Part shown: positions 42,486-52,968 of the stretch, in pieces
Numbering within the stretch: the stretch's first letter is position 1
Layout: each line of letters starts with the position of its first letter
NCBI GenBank assembly: GCA_963555755.3
Contig: OY820905.2
Coordinates: forward strand, 576,001 to 640,000
Length of the DNA: 64,000 nucleotides
Reading direction: 5' to 3'
DNA from: Nitrospirales bacterium
GTDB lineage: Bacteria; Nitrospirota; Nitrospiria; Nitrospirales; UBA8639
Translations under genes and position numbers: made by a program
Notes under the pieces: generated by a model
Told to the model about the DNA's origin: nothing
The model's input: only the letters and a program-made list of their open reading frames with translations
Databases searched by the model: none

Positions 42486-43298
42486 ATGGGTAGCCTTTCC
42501 TCTTCAAGGTCAGATTCCTCAGTTCCCCCCAACCCTTGGGGTGGGCAAACCCTCATTGTCGATCAATCGGATTCAACATCATATCCCCGACCAAGTGCTG
42601 CGCTAAAAGATGCCGGATCCCAGGATCTCATTTATATTCGCCCCGGTCAGTATGAAGATCGTCTGTTCATTTCGGAAAAACCCATACACATCATGGGCGC
42701 TGGCCGTGATCAGGTTCAAATATTTAGCCGTCGAAGCGGACCTCTGTACCTACAAAAAATTCCACGCGGACACATTTCGGGAATTACCTTTCGGTATGTG
42801 GGGAGTGATCAACATTCCGCAATGAACATTCTTGATTCCACCTGCACCATCTCACAATGCCGAGCGACGGAGGGCATTTTATCCGGCATCGTCATCTATG
42901 GCTCACAGTGCCAGCCAACCCTTAGTGACAATGAAGTCTGCGCCAATCGTGAGTCAGGCATTTTCACATTTGGCGGAGCCCGCCCCTACATCACCAAGAA
43001 TGTGTGTTTTGACAATCATCATTTCGGCCTTGCGGTTCGAGACGATGGAAGCCACCCGGATCTCACAAAAAATATCTGCCACCATAATATGCTCAGTGGC
43101 ATCTTGTTATTTCATGGAGCAAAAGCCTTGGTACTCGAAAATACCTGTGAACAGAATTTCCATTGGGGAATTGTCATGACACCAGACAGCCAAACATCTC
43201 CTGAACAGGAACAATTACTTCAAGCCAATACCCTCACACACAATCCACGAGGCGCTCTCATCGTCACCCATGAACCCCTCAGCGAAATTGGCCGATAG
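42486..43298 (+). CDS. Right-handed parallel beta-helix repeat protein
   Basis: IYIRPGQY followed by ~23-aa N..SGI repeats. Confidence 0.75.
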   Translation: MGSLSSSRSDSSVPPNPWGGQTLIVDQSDSTSYPRPSAALKDAGSQDLIYIRPGQYEDRLFISEKPIHIMGAGRDQVQIFSRRSGPLYLQKIPRGHISGITFRYVGSDQHSAMNILDSTCTISQCRATEGILSGIVIYGSQCQPTLSDNEVCANRESGIFTFGGARPYITKNVCFDNHHFGLAVRDDGSHPDLTKNICHHNMLSGILLFHGAKALVLENTCEQNFHWGIVMTPDSQTSPEQEQLLQANTLTHNPRGALIVTHEPLSEIGR

Positions 43299-43312
43299 GA
43301 GATGTTGAACCT

Positions 43313-43433
43313 GGGAATGTTGAAAAAAGCCGCCAGCGGCGTTCTCGCCCTTTTGCCGTGCTCACGTACTATGAGTACGCTCCGCGCGTCAAAGCGCCTG
43401 CGGCCTTGCTGAGCGCACCTTTTTGAACCTCTC
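43313..43433. mobile_element. MITE-like family B, copy 2
   Basis: GGGAATGTTGAAAAAAGCCGCCAGCGGCGTTCTC...CTTTTTGAACC. Confidence 0.8.
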
Positions 43434-43566
43434 CTGTCTGGCTTTTGTGGGTTCCTAAAAAAATGGAAGGGGTTTTGGAAATCTACGCGCAAAGATTATG
43501 GGTCTGTTGAATATTCAGGTCCATGACCCATAGGTACTCCAGGGAAGCCGGCTCGCATCAGTGGGA

Positions 43567-43712
43567 GGGAATGTTCAAAAAAGCATGCCCTGAGTCTTTC
43601 CGAAGGGTCTATCCAGCAAGGCCGCAGCCCTTTTGACGCGCGGAGCGTACTCTCAGTACGTGAGCACGGCAAAAGGGCGAGAACGCCGCTGGCGGCTTTT
43701 TTCAACATTCCC
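43567..43712. mobile_element. MITE-like family B, copy 3 (reverse) with a small REP-like insert
   Basis: TIR GGGAATGTT(C/G)AAAA; insert GCATGCCCTGAGTCTTTCCGAAGGG; may extend left to ~43500. Confidence 0.8.
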
Positions 43713-43713
43713 A

Positions 43714-44091
43714 TTATGGACGACGAAGAAAGCCAATGGCCAACCACACCCAGCCCGTCAGGAAAAATAGGCCACCAAGGGGCGTGATGGCGCCAAGCCA
43801 TCGAGTATCAGAAAGAGCTAGCACATAGAGGCTACCTGAAAAAAATACAATTCCTAAGACAAACGCCCAAGCCGCATTTCGAAAAATCTTTGATTCATAT
43901 TGAGCGTACGCCCAGCCGGAAAACAATAACGCCAGGGAATGGAACATCTGATAGCGTACCGCTGTTTCAAACACCTCCATCATACGTTCGGAAAGTATTG
44001 GCCTGAGCATATGAGCCCCAAAGGCTCCAATCGCCACAGCAATACCAGCCAACACAGCACCCAACGCTAAGATCTGTCTTCCTGTCATCAT
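43714..44091 (-). CDS. DUF423 (YgdD-like) membrane protein
   Basis: GAFGAH, TAVRYQMFH, FSGSLY, GAITPLGG. Confidence 0.88.
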   Translation of the reverse strand: MMTGRQILALGAVLAGIAVAIGAFGAHMLRPILSERMMEVFETAVRYQMFHSLALLFSGWAYAQYESKIFRNAAWAFVLGIVFFSGSLYVLALSDTRWLGAITPLGGLFFLTGWVWLAIGFLRRP

Positions 44092-44108
44092 GTTCCTCAT
44101 CAATGTAT

Positions 44109-44338
44109 GGGCCTGTTGAAAAAGCATGCCCTGAGTCTGGCCGAAGGGTCCGCCAGCGGCGTTCTCGGCCCTTTGTCGTGCTCACGTACTTTGAGTACGC
44201 TCCGCGCGCCAAGCCTACTCCGCCGAAGTAGCCTTTGGCTACGAAGGCCGGGAGTGCCTGCGGCCTTGCCTGTGGAAGGGCGCGTCTTGGCGAACCTGGG
44301 TTGGGCGGGTCAGACAACGGGCCTTTTTGAACAGGCCC
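44109..44338. mobile_element. MITE-like family B, copy 4 with several nested inserts
   Basis: TIR GGGCCTGTTGAAAAA / TTTTTGAACAGGCCC; family B core interrupted by three short inserts. Confidence 0.78.
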
Positions 44339-44418
44339 TTTGCCGGTGATGATTCATATGTATTAGTCAGATAAGGGTCTCACTCTAAATATTTTGAATT
44401 ATTCAAAAGCCCCTGTAT

Positions 44419-44640
44419 TTAAGGAGAACTCACGGTGGGAATGATTCGTCCCCAATGGATGCGTTGCCACATTCGCTCGTGTCCCCAATACAGGCCTATT
44501 TTAGCCAAAGAATCAATTGACCCCACAATGACTGCTGCTGTCAATTCTCCCGAGTAGATAAACACCACCATGGTGGTAACCATGGTGGCGATTACTCTCC
44601 AACTGATGCCTTTCGCCACACTCCGTAGATGCGTTTCCAT
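44419..44640 (-). CDS. DUF2061 membrane protein
   Basis: ET..RS.AK.ISWR..AT and LY..HER.W.RI.WG. Confidence 0.8.
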   Translation of the reverse strand: METHLRSVAKGISWRVIATMVTTMVVFIYSGELTAAVIVGSIDSLAKIGLYWGHERMWQRIHWGRIIPTVSSP

Positions 44641-44674
44641 AGGGACTCCTAAATCTCAAAAGCAGGCGACACAG

Positions 44675-45154
44675 CTACGAATGGGCCGGCGCCTTTATCT
44701 TGGGTTTCTTCGCGGTCTTTGGTGCACCCTGTGTGGATTGCGCAAAATCCTGCAAGGAATAATGGTCGAGCACGCCAGCAATGGCGTTTCGAACTTCCAG
44801 CATCGGCATTTTAATCGGACATTGCGGCGCATTCGCATACGGACAATCTTGACACGTTTGATAGGCGGTCTGACTCACGCAGGGAATGGGCGCGAGAGGG
44901 CCATCCAACGCGCGAATAATCGAGCCCAGCGAAATCTGTTCAGGTTTTTTAATGAGTCGAAACCCACCGTCCACACCGGGACGACTCGCCAACACACCCG
45001 CGTGTTTCAACTGGAGAAGGATAGACTCCAAAAATCCCATGGGAATGTGTTGCCGTTCCGCGATATCAGATCGGCGGACCGGTCGTTGGCCATAGGCCTC
45101 CGTCAATTGCAACAAGGCGCGCAATGCGTATTCACTTTTTTTAGAAAATCTCAT
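44675..45154 (-). CDS. Rrf2-family transcriptional regulator
   Basis: SKKSEYALRA, FLE.IL.QLK, S.PG..GGF.L, LDGPLAP..C; four C-terminal Cys. Confidence 0.88.
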   Translation of the reverse strand: MRFSKKSEYALRALLQLTEAYGQRPVRRSDIAERQHIPMGFLESILLQLKHAGVLASRPGVDGGFRLIKKPEQISLGSIIRALDGPLAPIPCVSQTAYQTCQDCPYANAPQCPIKMPMLEVRNAIAGVLDHYSLQDFAQSTQGAPKTAKKPKIKAPAHS

Positions 45155-45359
45155 AATTTCTAATAATGTTAGCTATTTTTATTAATAATTAAAAAAAACG
45201 CACCCATTTGTCAACAAACTAAGGGGCACGCCCCTTGGAGCATCCCCACAAAGGATGCACACTCCTTCCAATCCCGCAGTCGGAGGTTCAAAGGCTATTC
45301 ATACTATAAATTGAACTATTGTCGGTGTGTAGGCTTGCTAGCCGAAACTGTGCGAAGGT

Positions 45360-45435
45360 TGGTGGAGGGCAGGGGACTTGAACCCCTGACCCCAACGTTG
45401 CGAACGTTGTGCTCTCCCAACTGAGCTAGCCCCCC
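45360..45435 (-). tRNA. tRNA-Ala(CGC)
   Basis: 76-nt cloverleaf GGGGGGCTAGCTCAG...CAACG TT CGC AA CGTTG...GGTTCAAGTCC...CCA; G3:U70 Ala determinant. Confidence 0.95.
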
Positions 45436-45507
45436 ACAATTTTGAATCAGAATTGTTTTCGGCAATCGAAGAAAATCACTTTATCAAAAGGTCCATACCC
45501 CTGCAAT

Positions 45508-46140
45508 TTATGAAGTCAACTCAAGAATTCTCACCTTCTTATCCTCAACACACAACCGTCTTTCAGCAAATAATTGGACTGCATGGGGGTACAACACATG
45601 CTCCTGCTCAAGAATGCGCGCAGAAAGAATGTCTACCGTGTCATCCTCATTAACGGGTACGCCGGTTTGTAAAATAATCGGCCCTTCATCGACCCCTTCC
45701 GTGACAAAATGCACGGTGCACCCTGAAATTTTCACGCCTGCGTCCAATGCCTGTGTTTGGGCGTTCAGACCAGGAAAGGCCGGGAGAAGCGACGGATGAA
45801 TATTCATCATTTGCCATTGATACGCATCGATCAGAACCGACGTGACAATTTTCATGTACCCCGCGAGTAGAACCAGTTGGACATCATGGCCCTTTAGCAC
45901 CTCCAGAATTTTCTGGTCGTACGCTTTTCGGGGTTGCGCCTCCCCTGCTACCGATTTCGGATCGAGAAAAATTCCCTTCATGCCATGTCGGTGGGCCCGC
46001 TCTAAGGCCATCGCATCGGGGTTATTACTCACCACTACAGCGATGGTCGCATCAAGTGTCTTGGTGTCGATGGCGTCAATGAGGGCTTGAAGATTTGAAC
46101 CACGACCGGAGGCAAGGACACCTAACCGAAGGGGGATCAT
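45508..46140 (-). CDS. purN: Phosphoribosylglycinamide formyltransferase
   Basis: [33 protein letters not shown]...VD.GPII. Confidence 0.96.
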   Translation of the reverse strand: MIPLRLGVLASGRGSNLQALIDAIDTKTLDATIAVVVSNNPDAMALERAHRHGMKGIFLDPKSVAGEAQPRKAYDQKILEVLKGHDVQLVLLAGYMKIVTSVLIDAYQWQMMNIHPSLLPAFPGLNAQTQALDAGVKISGCTVHFVTEGVDEGPIILQTGVPVNEDDTVDILSARILEQEHVLYPHAVQLFAERRLCVEDKKVRILELTS

Positions 46141-47186
46141 GCGTTCCCTTTAGAGGAATACGTGACAGAAGGCGAGCGTTGTGGATCTTCTACGATTTGC
46201 CCTATTCCCATCGCTTGCTCACCGAGTGCATTGGCGCGATCAATCACCGCCTGTTCTTGCTCCGCTGACACAACTAACACAAAACCAATGCCCATATTAA
46301 ACACCCGATACATCTCATCTTCTTCAACCTGCCCAAATTTTTGAATGTGAGAAAAAATCGGCGGGATGGGCCACGTGTTTTTGCGAATGTCCGCCCGGCA
46401 CCCTTGAGGTAAGACTCGGGGCACATTCCTGGTTATTCCGCCACCCGTGATATGGGCAAGACCATGAATTGAAAAATCTTTAATCAATGGCAATATTGTT
46501 TTGACGTAAATCCTGGTTGGCGTGAGTAGGGTCTCTCCTAACGTGTTATCCATCCCATCCAACGAACTGTCCAAGGATAACTCTGCCTGTTCAAGCAACA
46601 CACGTCGCGCCAAAGAAAACCCGTTGCTATGAAGCCCCGATGAGGCCAACCCGATTACCGCGTCACCTGGTTGAATCTTTTTCCCAGTGAGAATCGCCTC
46701 CCGTTCGACCACACCCACGGAAAACCCCGCAAGGTCGTATTCCCCTTTTTGATAAAAGGAAGGAAGCTCTGCCGTCTCTCCCCCAATTAATGAACAGCCC
46801 GCTTGCCGACACCCTTCGGCAATCCCCTGCACTATGGCTTCAGCTTTTGATACCACCAACTCCCCGACGGCTAAATAATCCAGGAAAAATAGCGGCTCGG
46901 CTCCGCTGACGATGATATCATTCACACACATCGCCACGAGATCAATGCCAACCGTGTCATGTCGATCCATGAGAAACGCCAGTTTGAGTTTTGTCCCGAC
47001 GCCATCGGTTCCTGATACCAGCACGGGATCAACATACCGTTCAGCCCCGAGCCGAAATAACCCTCCAAAGGCACCGATATCCCCCAGAACCTCAGGCCGA
47101 AACGTGGATCTGGCAAGTGGCCGAATACGCCGGACCACTTCTTCTCCGGCTTCGATATCAACCCCAGCTTGACGATAATCAGTCAT
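46137..47186 (-). CDS. purM: Phosphoribosylformylglycinamidine cyclo-ligase
   Basis: [45 protein letters not shown]. Confidence 0.96.
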   Translation of the reverse strand: MTDYRQAGVDIEAGEEVVRRIRPLARSTFRPEVLGDIGAFGGLFRLGAERYVDPVLVSGTDGVGTKLKLAFLMDRHDTVGIDLVAMCVNDIIVSGAEPLFFLDYLAVGELVVSKAEAIVQGIAEGCRQAGCSLIGGETAELPSFYQKGEYDLAGFSVGVVEREAILTGKKIQPGDAVIGLASSGLHSNGFSLARRVLLEQAELSLDSSLDGMDNTLGETLLTPTRIYVKTILPLIKDFSIHGLAHITGGGITRNVPRVLPQGCRADIRKNTWPIPPIFSHIQKFGQVEEDEMYRVFNMGIGFVLVVSAEQEQAVIDRANALGEQAMGIGQIVEDPQRSPSVTYSSKGNA

Positions 47187-47207
47187 ACATGAGTCCCGAC
47201 AAATTAA

Positions 47208-48512
47208 TTATTGAAGAATGAATTCCACGAGCGTTTCGATGTGCGCGGTTTGGGGAAACATATCAAAAAGTTGCACACGACTCATCTGATAGCCTGCCGC
47301 ACCCAAACGTTTCGCATCCCGCGCTAATGATGCCGCATCGCATGAAACATAAAAAATCCGACTCGATTTGGTTTGAATCAACGATTCAACACACGTCTTA
47401 CTGAGCCCTGCTCTTGGCGGATCCACCAGAACCACATCATAGTCTTCAGGTGGCGCCTGTCGTAAAAATTCTTCCGCGGTGGATGGCCGAAACCGACACC
47501 GGCCTATGTGATTCTGGGATGCAGATTTCCGAGCATCCGCGATCGCGTAAGGATTTTCTTCTACCACGGTAACCAACGCTCCCCTCCTGGCCAATGACAA
47601 TCCCAGACAACCTACGCCAGCAAATAATTCCAGAATTCGTGTCTGCGCGCATTCTCCAAGCCATTCTTCTAAGGTGTGATACATCATGGCATAGACTGAC
47701 CAATTGGCTTGCATGAACGACCGATCACTTATTCGAAAGGAGGCTGCATGAAATTGTTCAAACAGATGATCGTCCCCAGTGACCAGACGAACGGGAGCAT
47801 GCTTCCTTCGTGCTGGAGGAGCATCAGACGTCACGACGCATCCTGACACACTCGGAATTTCTTGAAAGGTCTTGAGGATGGATTCAGCTTGCCCTTGGTT
47901 GAGCCTGGGAGATTTAATAATCAACAGATGACTGCCAAAGGCAGCGGAGGCACGCACCTCAAGACTAGACAGAAACGCTGGCAAACGGGACAAGGCGCCC
48001 AAACGGGTTTTTACCTCCTCGACCACTAATCGAATGGATTCAGGAATGAGCAAACACCCGGTCGCTTCAACCGGTTGGTGCGAACGCTCCCGAAGAAACC
48101 CTAGTTGAAAGGTATTGTGTTCTTGAAACACCGAAAACCGAACCCACCGTCGGTACTCATACGGAAAGGGCGACGGCACGGGTGGCAACCATGCTTGAGG
48201 GGAAACCTGTCCAATCCGTCCAAAGGCCTCTTCCAGCATCTGCTGTTTAAAACGAAGCTGCGCTTCGTAGCGAACGTGCTGAAATTGGCATCCGCCACAT
48301 TGTTCATAGACAAGACATGGAGCAGCAATTCGGTCTGGTGAGGCTTCTTGGATTTGATCCAATGCGGCGAACTGGTATCCCTGACGCGAGGGCTTCGGCG
48401 TCACCATAACCAGTTCATCGGGCAAGACCCCGCGAACGAAGGTAACTTGTGACTCAATGTGAGTCAATCCCCATCCGCCCGCGACGATTCGCTCAATTTT
48501 GTAACTACTCAT
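47208..48512 (-). CDS. rlmD: 23S rRNA m5U methyltransferase (RlmD/TrmA family)
   Basis: C..Y..CGGC, FMQAN, LELFAGVG, DPPR.G, YVSC...LARD, DMFPQTAHIE. Confidence 0.85.
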   Translation of the reverse strand: MSSYKIERIVAGGWGLTHIESQVTFVRGVLPDELVMVTPKPSRQGYQFAALDQIQEASPDRIAAPCLVYEQCGGCQFQHVRYEAQLRFKQQMLEEAFGRIGQVSPQAWLPPVPSPFPYEYRRWVRFSVFQEHNTFQLGFLRERSHQPVEATGCLLIPESIRLVVEEVKTRLGALSRLPAFLSSLEVRASAAFGSHLLIIKSPRLNQGQAESILKTFQEIPSVSGCVVTSDAPPARRKHAPVRLVTGDDHLFEQFHAASFRISDRSFMQANWSVYAMMYHTLEEWLGECAQTRILELFAGVGCLGLSLARRGALVTVVEENPYAIADARKSASQNHIGRCRFRPSTAEEFLRQAPPEDYDVVLVDPPRAGLSKTCVESLIQTKSSRIFYVSCDAASLARDAKRLGAAGYQMSRVQLFDMFPQTAHIETLVEFILQ

Positions 48513-48542
48513 TTTTTAGTGGAACCTGAAGTTCCATCGCTA

Positions 48543-48862
48543 GGACTTGTCCAAAAATAACTTGAGTTTTTTAGTCTCATCTTCACGCCATCTTTGACCG
48601 ATCTTTGTGCCAAAAAACCTTGAAATATCTCGATATTCCGGCGCCTTTTCGTCACAACGATCAATCAAACCTAACATAAATCTGAGCCTCAAAACTCAAG
48701 GGCACCTCTAAAAACCGTCCTTTTCCGTGATGGCGGCGTCAGCCGCGTGCTCAAATCCTCATGTATTCGCCCATACACTCCGGTTTTCCGCGCACAGCTT
48801 CCTTGCCCTCACAAAAAATGCCGGGTTTTTAGAGGTGCCCTCAAGTTATTTTTGACAAGTCC
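48543..48862. mobile_element. MITE-like family E (related to D) with a nested family F element
   Basis: TIR GGACTTGTC(C)AAAAATAACTTGAG; interior aligns with family D. Confidence 0.75.
48700..48840. mobile_element. MITE-like family F (nested)
   Basis: 17-bp perfect TIR GGGCACCTCTAAAAACC; 4-bp duplication TCAA. Confidence 0.82.
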
Positions 48863-48893
48863 TTCGTGCGAAACAGATTCGTTACCGTGAGGG

Positions 48894-50267
48894 TCAGGCT
48901 TCAGGCCGAAGTTCGACATTCAACAATTTAATCTTTCGATGTAAGTGACTGCGCTCAATCTTTAAGTCGTCAGCGGTCTTGGAGACTTTCCATCCATTAT
49001 CCCGAAGCCGATGCGTGATATATTCCCGCTCAAACGCATGTCGTGCCTCTCGCAATGACTCATACGAGTCTAAGGCACTGACTCGTTGAACAGACCCATC
49101 CGATCCGCCCGGCATAAAGGGAATGACATCGGAGGCGTCAATCACAGGTTTGGGTACCATGATCATCAAACGCTCGACCTGATTCCGAAGCTCACGAATG
49201 TTACCTGGCCAGTCGTGCCGAGCCAGCACTTGGAGTGCCCCATCAGTCACCTCTTTGAGCTTCATTCCCTGTTCTTCACCATGCACGCGCAGAAAATGTC
49301 GAACGAGTACCGGAATATCTTCACATCTATTCCGAAGCGGGGGCACCTCAATCGGTAACACATTAAGTCGATAGAATAAGTCTTCTCGAAACTTCCCCTT
49401 TTCAATTTCCTGCCGAAGGTCCTTATTCGAAGCCGCGATCACCCGAACATTCACTTTAATGAGCTTGCTACCTCCGATCCGTGTGAATTCCTGTTCCTGT
49501 AAGACTCGAAGGACTTTGGCCTGGGTGGCCACACTCATGTCGGCAATTTCATCTAAAAAGAGTGTGCCCCCATCAGCTAAATCAAATTTTCCGCGGCGCT
49601 GAGACACCGCACCAGTGAACGCACCACGTTCATGACCAAACAGTTCGGTTTCAATGAGGGTTTCCGGAATTGCAGCACAATTGACTTCCACAAACGACCG
49701 ATTGTAGCGTGGGCTCTGAAGATGAATGGCTCGGGCCACGAGTTCCTTCCCCGTCCCATTCTCTCCGGAAATAAGCACCCGACTGTTGGTGGGAGCCGCC
49801 GCGGCAATTTGCTGTCGCAGCGTTTCCATGACACGGGAATCCCCAACTAGTTCATAATGCCGTTCAACCTTGAAGCGTAAATTAAAATTTTCCTCCTCCA
49901 GTGTACGTTGATGGAGGGCGTTTCGAACGAGAATCGTGACTTTCTCGAGATCGAGTGGCTTCTCAAGGTAATCATACGCTCCAAGTTTCGTCGCCTTGAC
50001 CGCGGTCTCTACCGACCCATGACCGGACATCATCACGACCATCAAGTGAGGAAACTGGTGTCGGATACGCTTCAATATTTCCAATCCATCGATCTCCGGC
50101 ATCCAAATATCGAGAATCACGAGATCTGGCAGTTCAGCGCGAATCTGCTTTAAGGCTTCAGCCCCACTCTTGGCGAGCGACACCTGATACCCTTCATCCT
50201 CGAGAATACTGCTCAGCATATTCAGAATGGATGGTTCGTCATCAACGATGCAAATAGTCCCGGACAT
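48894..50267 (-). CDS. ntrX: Sigma-54-dependent response regulator (NtrX-like)
   Basis: Receiver VDDE/LDIWMP/SGHG, GENGTGKE, GAFTGA, WPGNIRELRN, Fis HTH. Confidence 0.8.
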   Translation of the reverse strand: MSGTICIVDDEPSILNMLSSILEDEGYQVSLAKSGAEALKQIRAELPDLVILDIWMPEIDGLEILKRIRHQFPHLMVVMMSGHGSVETAVKATKLGAYDYLEKPLDLEKVTILVRNALHQRTLEEENFNLRFKVERHYELVGDSRVMETLRQQIAAAAPTNSRVLISGENGTGKELVARAIHLQSPRYNRSFVEVNCAAIPETLIETELFGHERGAFTGAVSQRRGKFDLADGGTLFLDEIADMSVATQAKVLRVLQEQEFTRIGGSKLIKVNVRVIAASNKDLRQEIEKGKFREDLFYRLNVLPIEVPPLRNRCEDIPVLVRHFLRVHGEEQGMKLKEVTDGALQVLARHDWPGNIRELRNQVERLMIMVPKPVIDASDVIPFMPGGSDGSVQRVSALDSYESLREARHAFEREYITHRLRDNGWKVSKTADDLKIERSHLHRKIKLLNVELRPEA

Positions 50268-50371
50268 CCTACAACCACTCCTTAGCCATGCCATGAAAGA
50301 AAAAAAATATGGTCACAACACACAACGCATGAGTCAATGATATCACTACTGAGGGGCCAGATGTCACACCC

Positions 50372-52702
50372 TTAGGCTATGGGCAATTCAAGAGAAAACA
50401 CGGCACCTCGTGGCTGATGATTGGCCGCCTGAATCGTGCCATTATGGTCGGTCACGATGCGATGGACAATTGCCAGACCTAAGCCCGTGCCCGCCCTTCG
50501 CTTGGAAAAATATGGCATGAATAATTTATCCTGATCCTCGTGGCGAATGCCCGGCCCTTCGTCGGCCACGGTAATCTTCACGTATTGACGTTTCCAATCC
50601 ATTTCGGTCGTGACCCACAGCCGACCCTGTTGTTCCATGGCCTGCATGGCATTGTCAAATAAATTCACAAAGACCCGTCGCATTTGCTCTTGATCCATAT
50701 TGACGAGAGGTAAGGTGGGATCGAGGGAAAGAAGAAATTCAATGTTGTGATGCCCACCCGTATACAGCGCCACCACTTTTTCAATCACCTCGTGGAGCGA
50801 CGCTCGAACCATATGAGGAGCTGGCAGGCGGGCAAATTTTGAAAACTCATCGACCATTCGCTTGAGGCTTCCGACTTCATTCACGATGACACTCGTGGAT
50901 TGATCGAAAATATCATTAAAATCGGGAGCACCCTCAAAAAACTTTTTTCTCAACCGTTGCGCCGCAAGTTGGATCGGGGTCAATGGATTCTTAATTTCAT
51001 GGGCAATACGCTGGGCGACTTCTTGCCACGCCGCGGTTTTTTGCGCTTTAATCAACTCGGTACGGTCTTCAAATACCAACACAAACCCCAAATCCTTTCC
51101 GGACTCATTCCTCATCCGCGACAGATTCAATCCTATGGTTAATAATTTTCCTTGAACGTCCATTTGTCCTTCGAGGGTTAAGCTGTCTCGTCCATCCACG
51201 AGGATTCGATCATAGGCTTCTTGAAACAAATGAAAATGATTCGCTTTAAACACATCAAACACCGGACGGCTCCGAACCTCGTCGGCCCCAACACCGAGAA
51301 TGCGTTCAGCAGAATGATTGAACGTCGTGATGGCCGCATGAACGTCAATGGACAACACCCCCGATGCAATGGTTTCCACGACAGCTTCGGTATAGGCCCG
51401 CCGCCGATCCGCTTCGATGTTCGAATGCACCAGGGATTGATTGGCTTCTTCGAGTTCGGCTTTGCCAGTGGAAAGATCCGCGGCCATGCGATTAAACGAA
51501 TCGATTAAGGTGCCGATTTCATCAGTCGCGCTGACCGCAATACGCACACGTAAATCTCCACGCGCGACGGCTTCTGTGCCTTCAGCTAATTTTTGAATCG
51601 GCACAGTAATGCCGCGAGCCACATAAAACCCAAACCATGTTGCACTAAATACTAGCAGGACCGTCACTACGGCCACGAATAAATAGGCCCCGGCTTTGAT
51701 GGGATTTTCCATGGCTTTTATTTGACGAAACTCACTGTACTGGCGGGCGATGCCTTCCATTTTGGCCAGCAAGGCTTCCGGCACATATGTGCCGACCACG
51801 GCCACACCTTCGATGCCATCGGGATCATGGCTGGAGGAAATGGGAACCGCGGCTCGGATCAGACGCCCAACGGGGGCTTCCTGAACAGCGGTCAACGCTG
51901 TCCCCGTATCCAGCACCTTTAACACTAACTGGCCCGCAGGTAGATTCAACACCGAATTCGGTACGTCCGGATCAACCATCCGAGCCAGGGTTTCAAGCTT
52001 CGATGAAAAAATTTCGATACTGGTTAAATTGAACTCACCTCGTTTTCGAGCCATGGCGGCCATTAATATTTCCCGATGGTCAGGCTGCAACATGTCTTCC
52101 CGAAAAACTTCTTTGCTGATCGCCTGCGCGCTTTTCGTGGCCAACGCCATGTGACCTTCGTGATACATTCTGGCCATTTGCTCAGAATCTTTCAGCACCT
52201 GTTCGATATGATTGTTAAACCACACCTTCATGACTTCGCTAATCACCCCACTTGCCACAAAGGCCAATAGCAAGGTGGGAATCAGGGAAAAGCCAATAAA
52301 GGCAGCAATCAATTTTGTTCGAAAGCCAGAACCCAGCAGCCGGTGCCGCCGTTCAAAATATGCTTTGATTAAATTCCGCGACAGTAACAGGGTGAGCACA
52401 ACCAGCCCCACCACATCCAAATACACCAGAAATAACACAAGAGCATAACTCGCACTTGGAAGGAGTGAATCGGATTTGGGCATTCCGGTCATGCCATATC
52501 TGGCATAGTACATGGTGAGGAGCAGACTGGAGATAAGGAGAAGCAGGACGATCCAGACGGGTTTCAGGTGAAGATGTTTCGCCTTGTCGTCATCCCGAAT
52601 GAACCGCTCTCGTAATTTCGAGGATGGTAAAAGCCGGGGAACTAATTTTGACGGTGATGCCATGACAACCATTCCAGAGACGCGGTGCCAAATGGCACCC
52701 AT
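50372..52702 (-). CDS. ntrY: HAMP-PAS sensor histidine kinase (NtrY-like)
   Basis: AAWQEVAQRIAHEIKNPLTPIQL, EFSKFARLP; HAMP and PAS domains; start uncertain. Confidence 0.8.
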   Translation of the reverse strand: MGAIWHRVSGMVVMASPSKLVPRLLPSSKLRERFIRDDDKAKHLHLKPVWIVLLLLISSLLLTMYYARYGMTGMPKSDSLLPSASYALVLFLVYLDVVGLVVLTLLLSRNLIKAYFERRHRLLGSGFRTKLIAAFIGFSLIPTLLLAFVASGVISEVMKVWFNNHIEQVLKDSEQMARMYHEGHMALATKSAQAISKEVFREDMLQPDHREILMAAMARKRGEFNLTSIEIFSSKLETLARMVDPDVPNSVLNLPAGQLVLKVLDTGTALTAVQEAPVGRLIRAAVPISSSHDPDGIEGVAVVGTYVPEALLAKMEGIARQYSEFRQIKAMENPIKAGAYLFVAVVTVLLVFSATWFGFYVARGITVPIQKLAEGTEAVARGDLRVRIAVSATDEIGTLIDSFNRMAADLSTGKAELEEANQSLVHSNIEADRRRAYTEAVVETIASGVLSIDVHAAITTFNHSAERILGVGADEVRSRPVFDVFKANHFHLFQEAYDRILVDGRDSLTLEGQMDVQGKLLTIGLNLSRMRNESGKDLGFVLVFEDRTELIKAQKTAAWQEVAQRIAHEIKNPLTPIQLAAQRLRKKFFEGAPDFNDIFDQSTSVIVNEVGSLKRMVDEFSKFARLPAPHMVRASLHEVIEKVVALYTGGHHNIEFLLSLDPTLPLVNMDQEQMRRVFVNLFDNAMQAMEQQGRLWVTTEMDWKRQYVKITVADEGPGIRHEDQDKLFMPYFSKRRAGTGLGLAIVHRIVTDHNGTIQAANHQPRGAVFSLELPIA

Positions 52703-52968
52703 TGTTTAAATCGTTGAAAAGATTTTTTATTCTCTGTTTCGAAAATCGTCAGATGGTAGGCGGGAACTGAAAGGCCAAGCCACTCTTCCCGCACCCTTCC
52801 GCCTTACACCTTCCGTTGCACGAAGGCCATTTTTCCTTTTCTCTATAGATGGGTAGCCCACAGAACCATGGATTCGTGTCTGCTGTATTGTAAGCGGGAT
52901 GGAGTAGGATTGAAATGGCCTTCAACCCCATTGAAGGAGATACGGCGGTGTGCACAAATAGGTACTAA

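Noticed and set aside
52749..52800. Group II intron 3' end or cobalamin riboswitch
   Set aside because: No domain V catalytic hairpin, no RT gene and no B12-box motifs.
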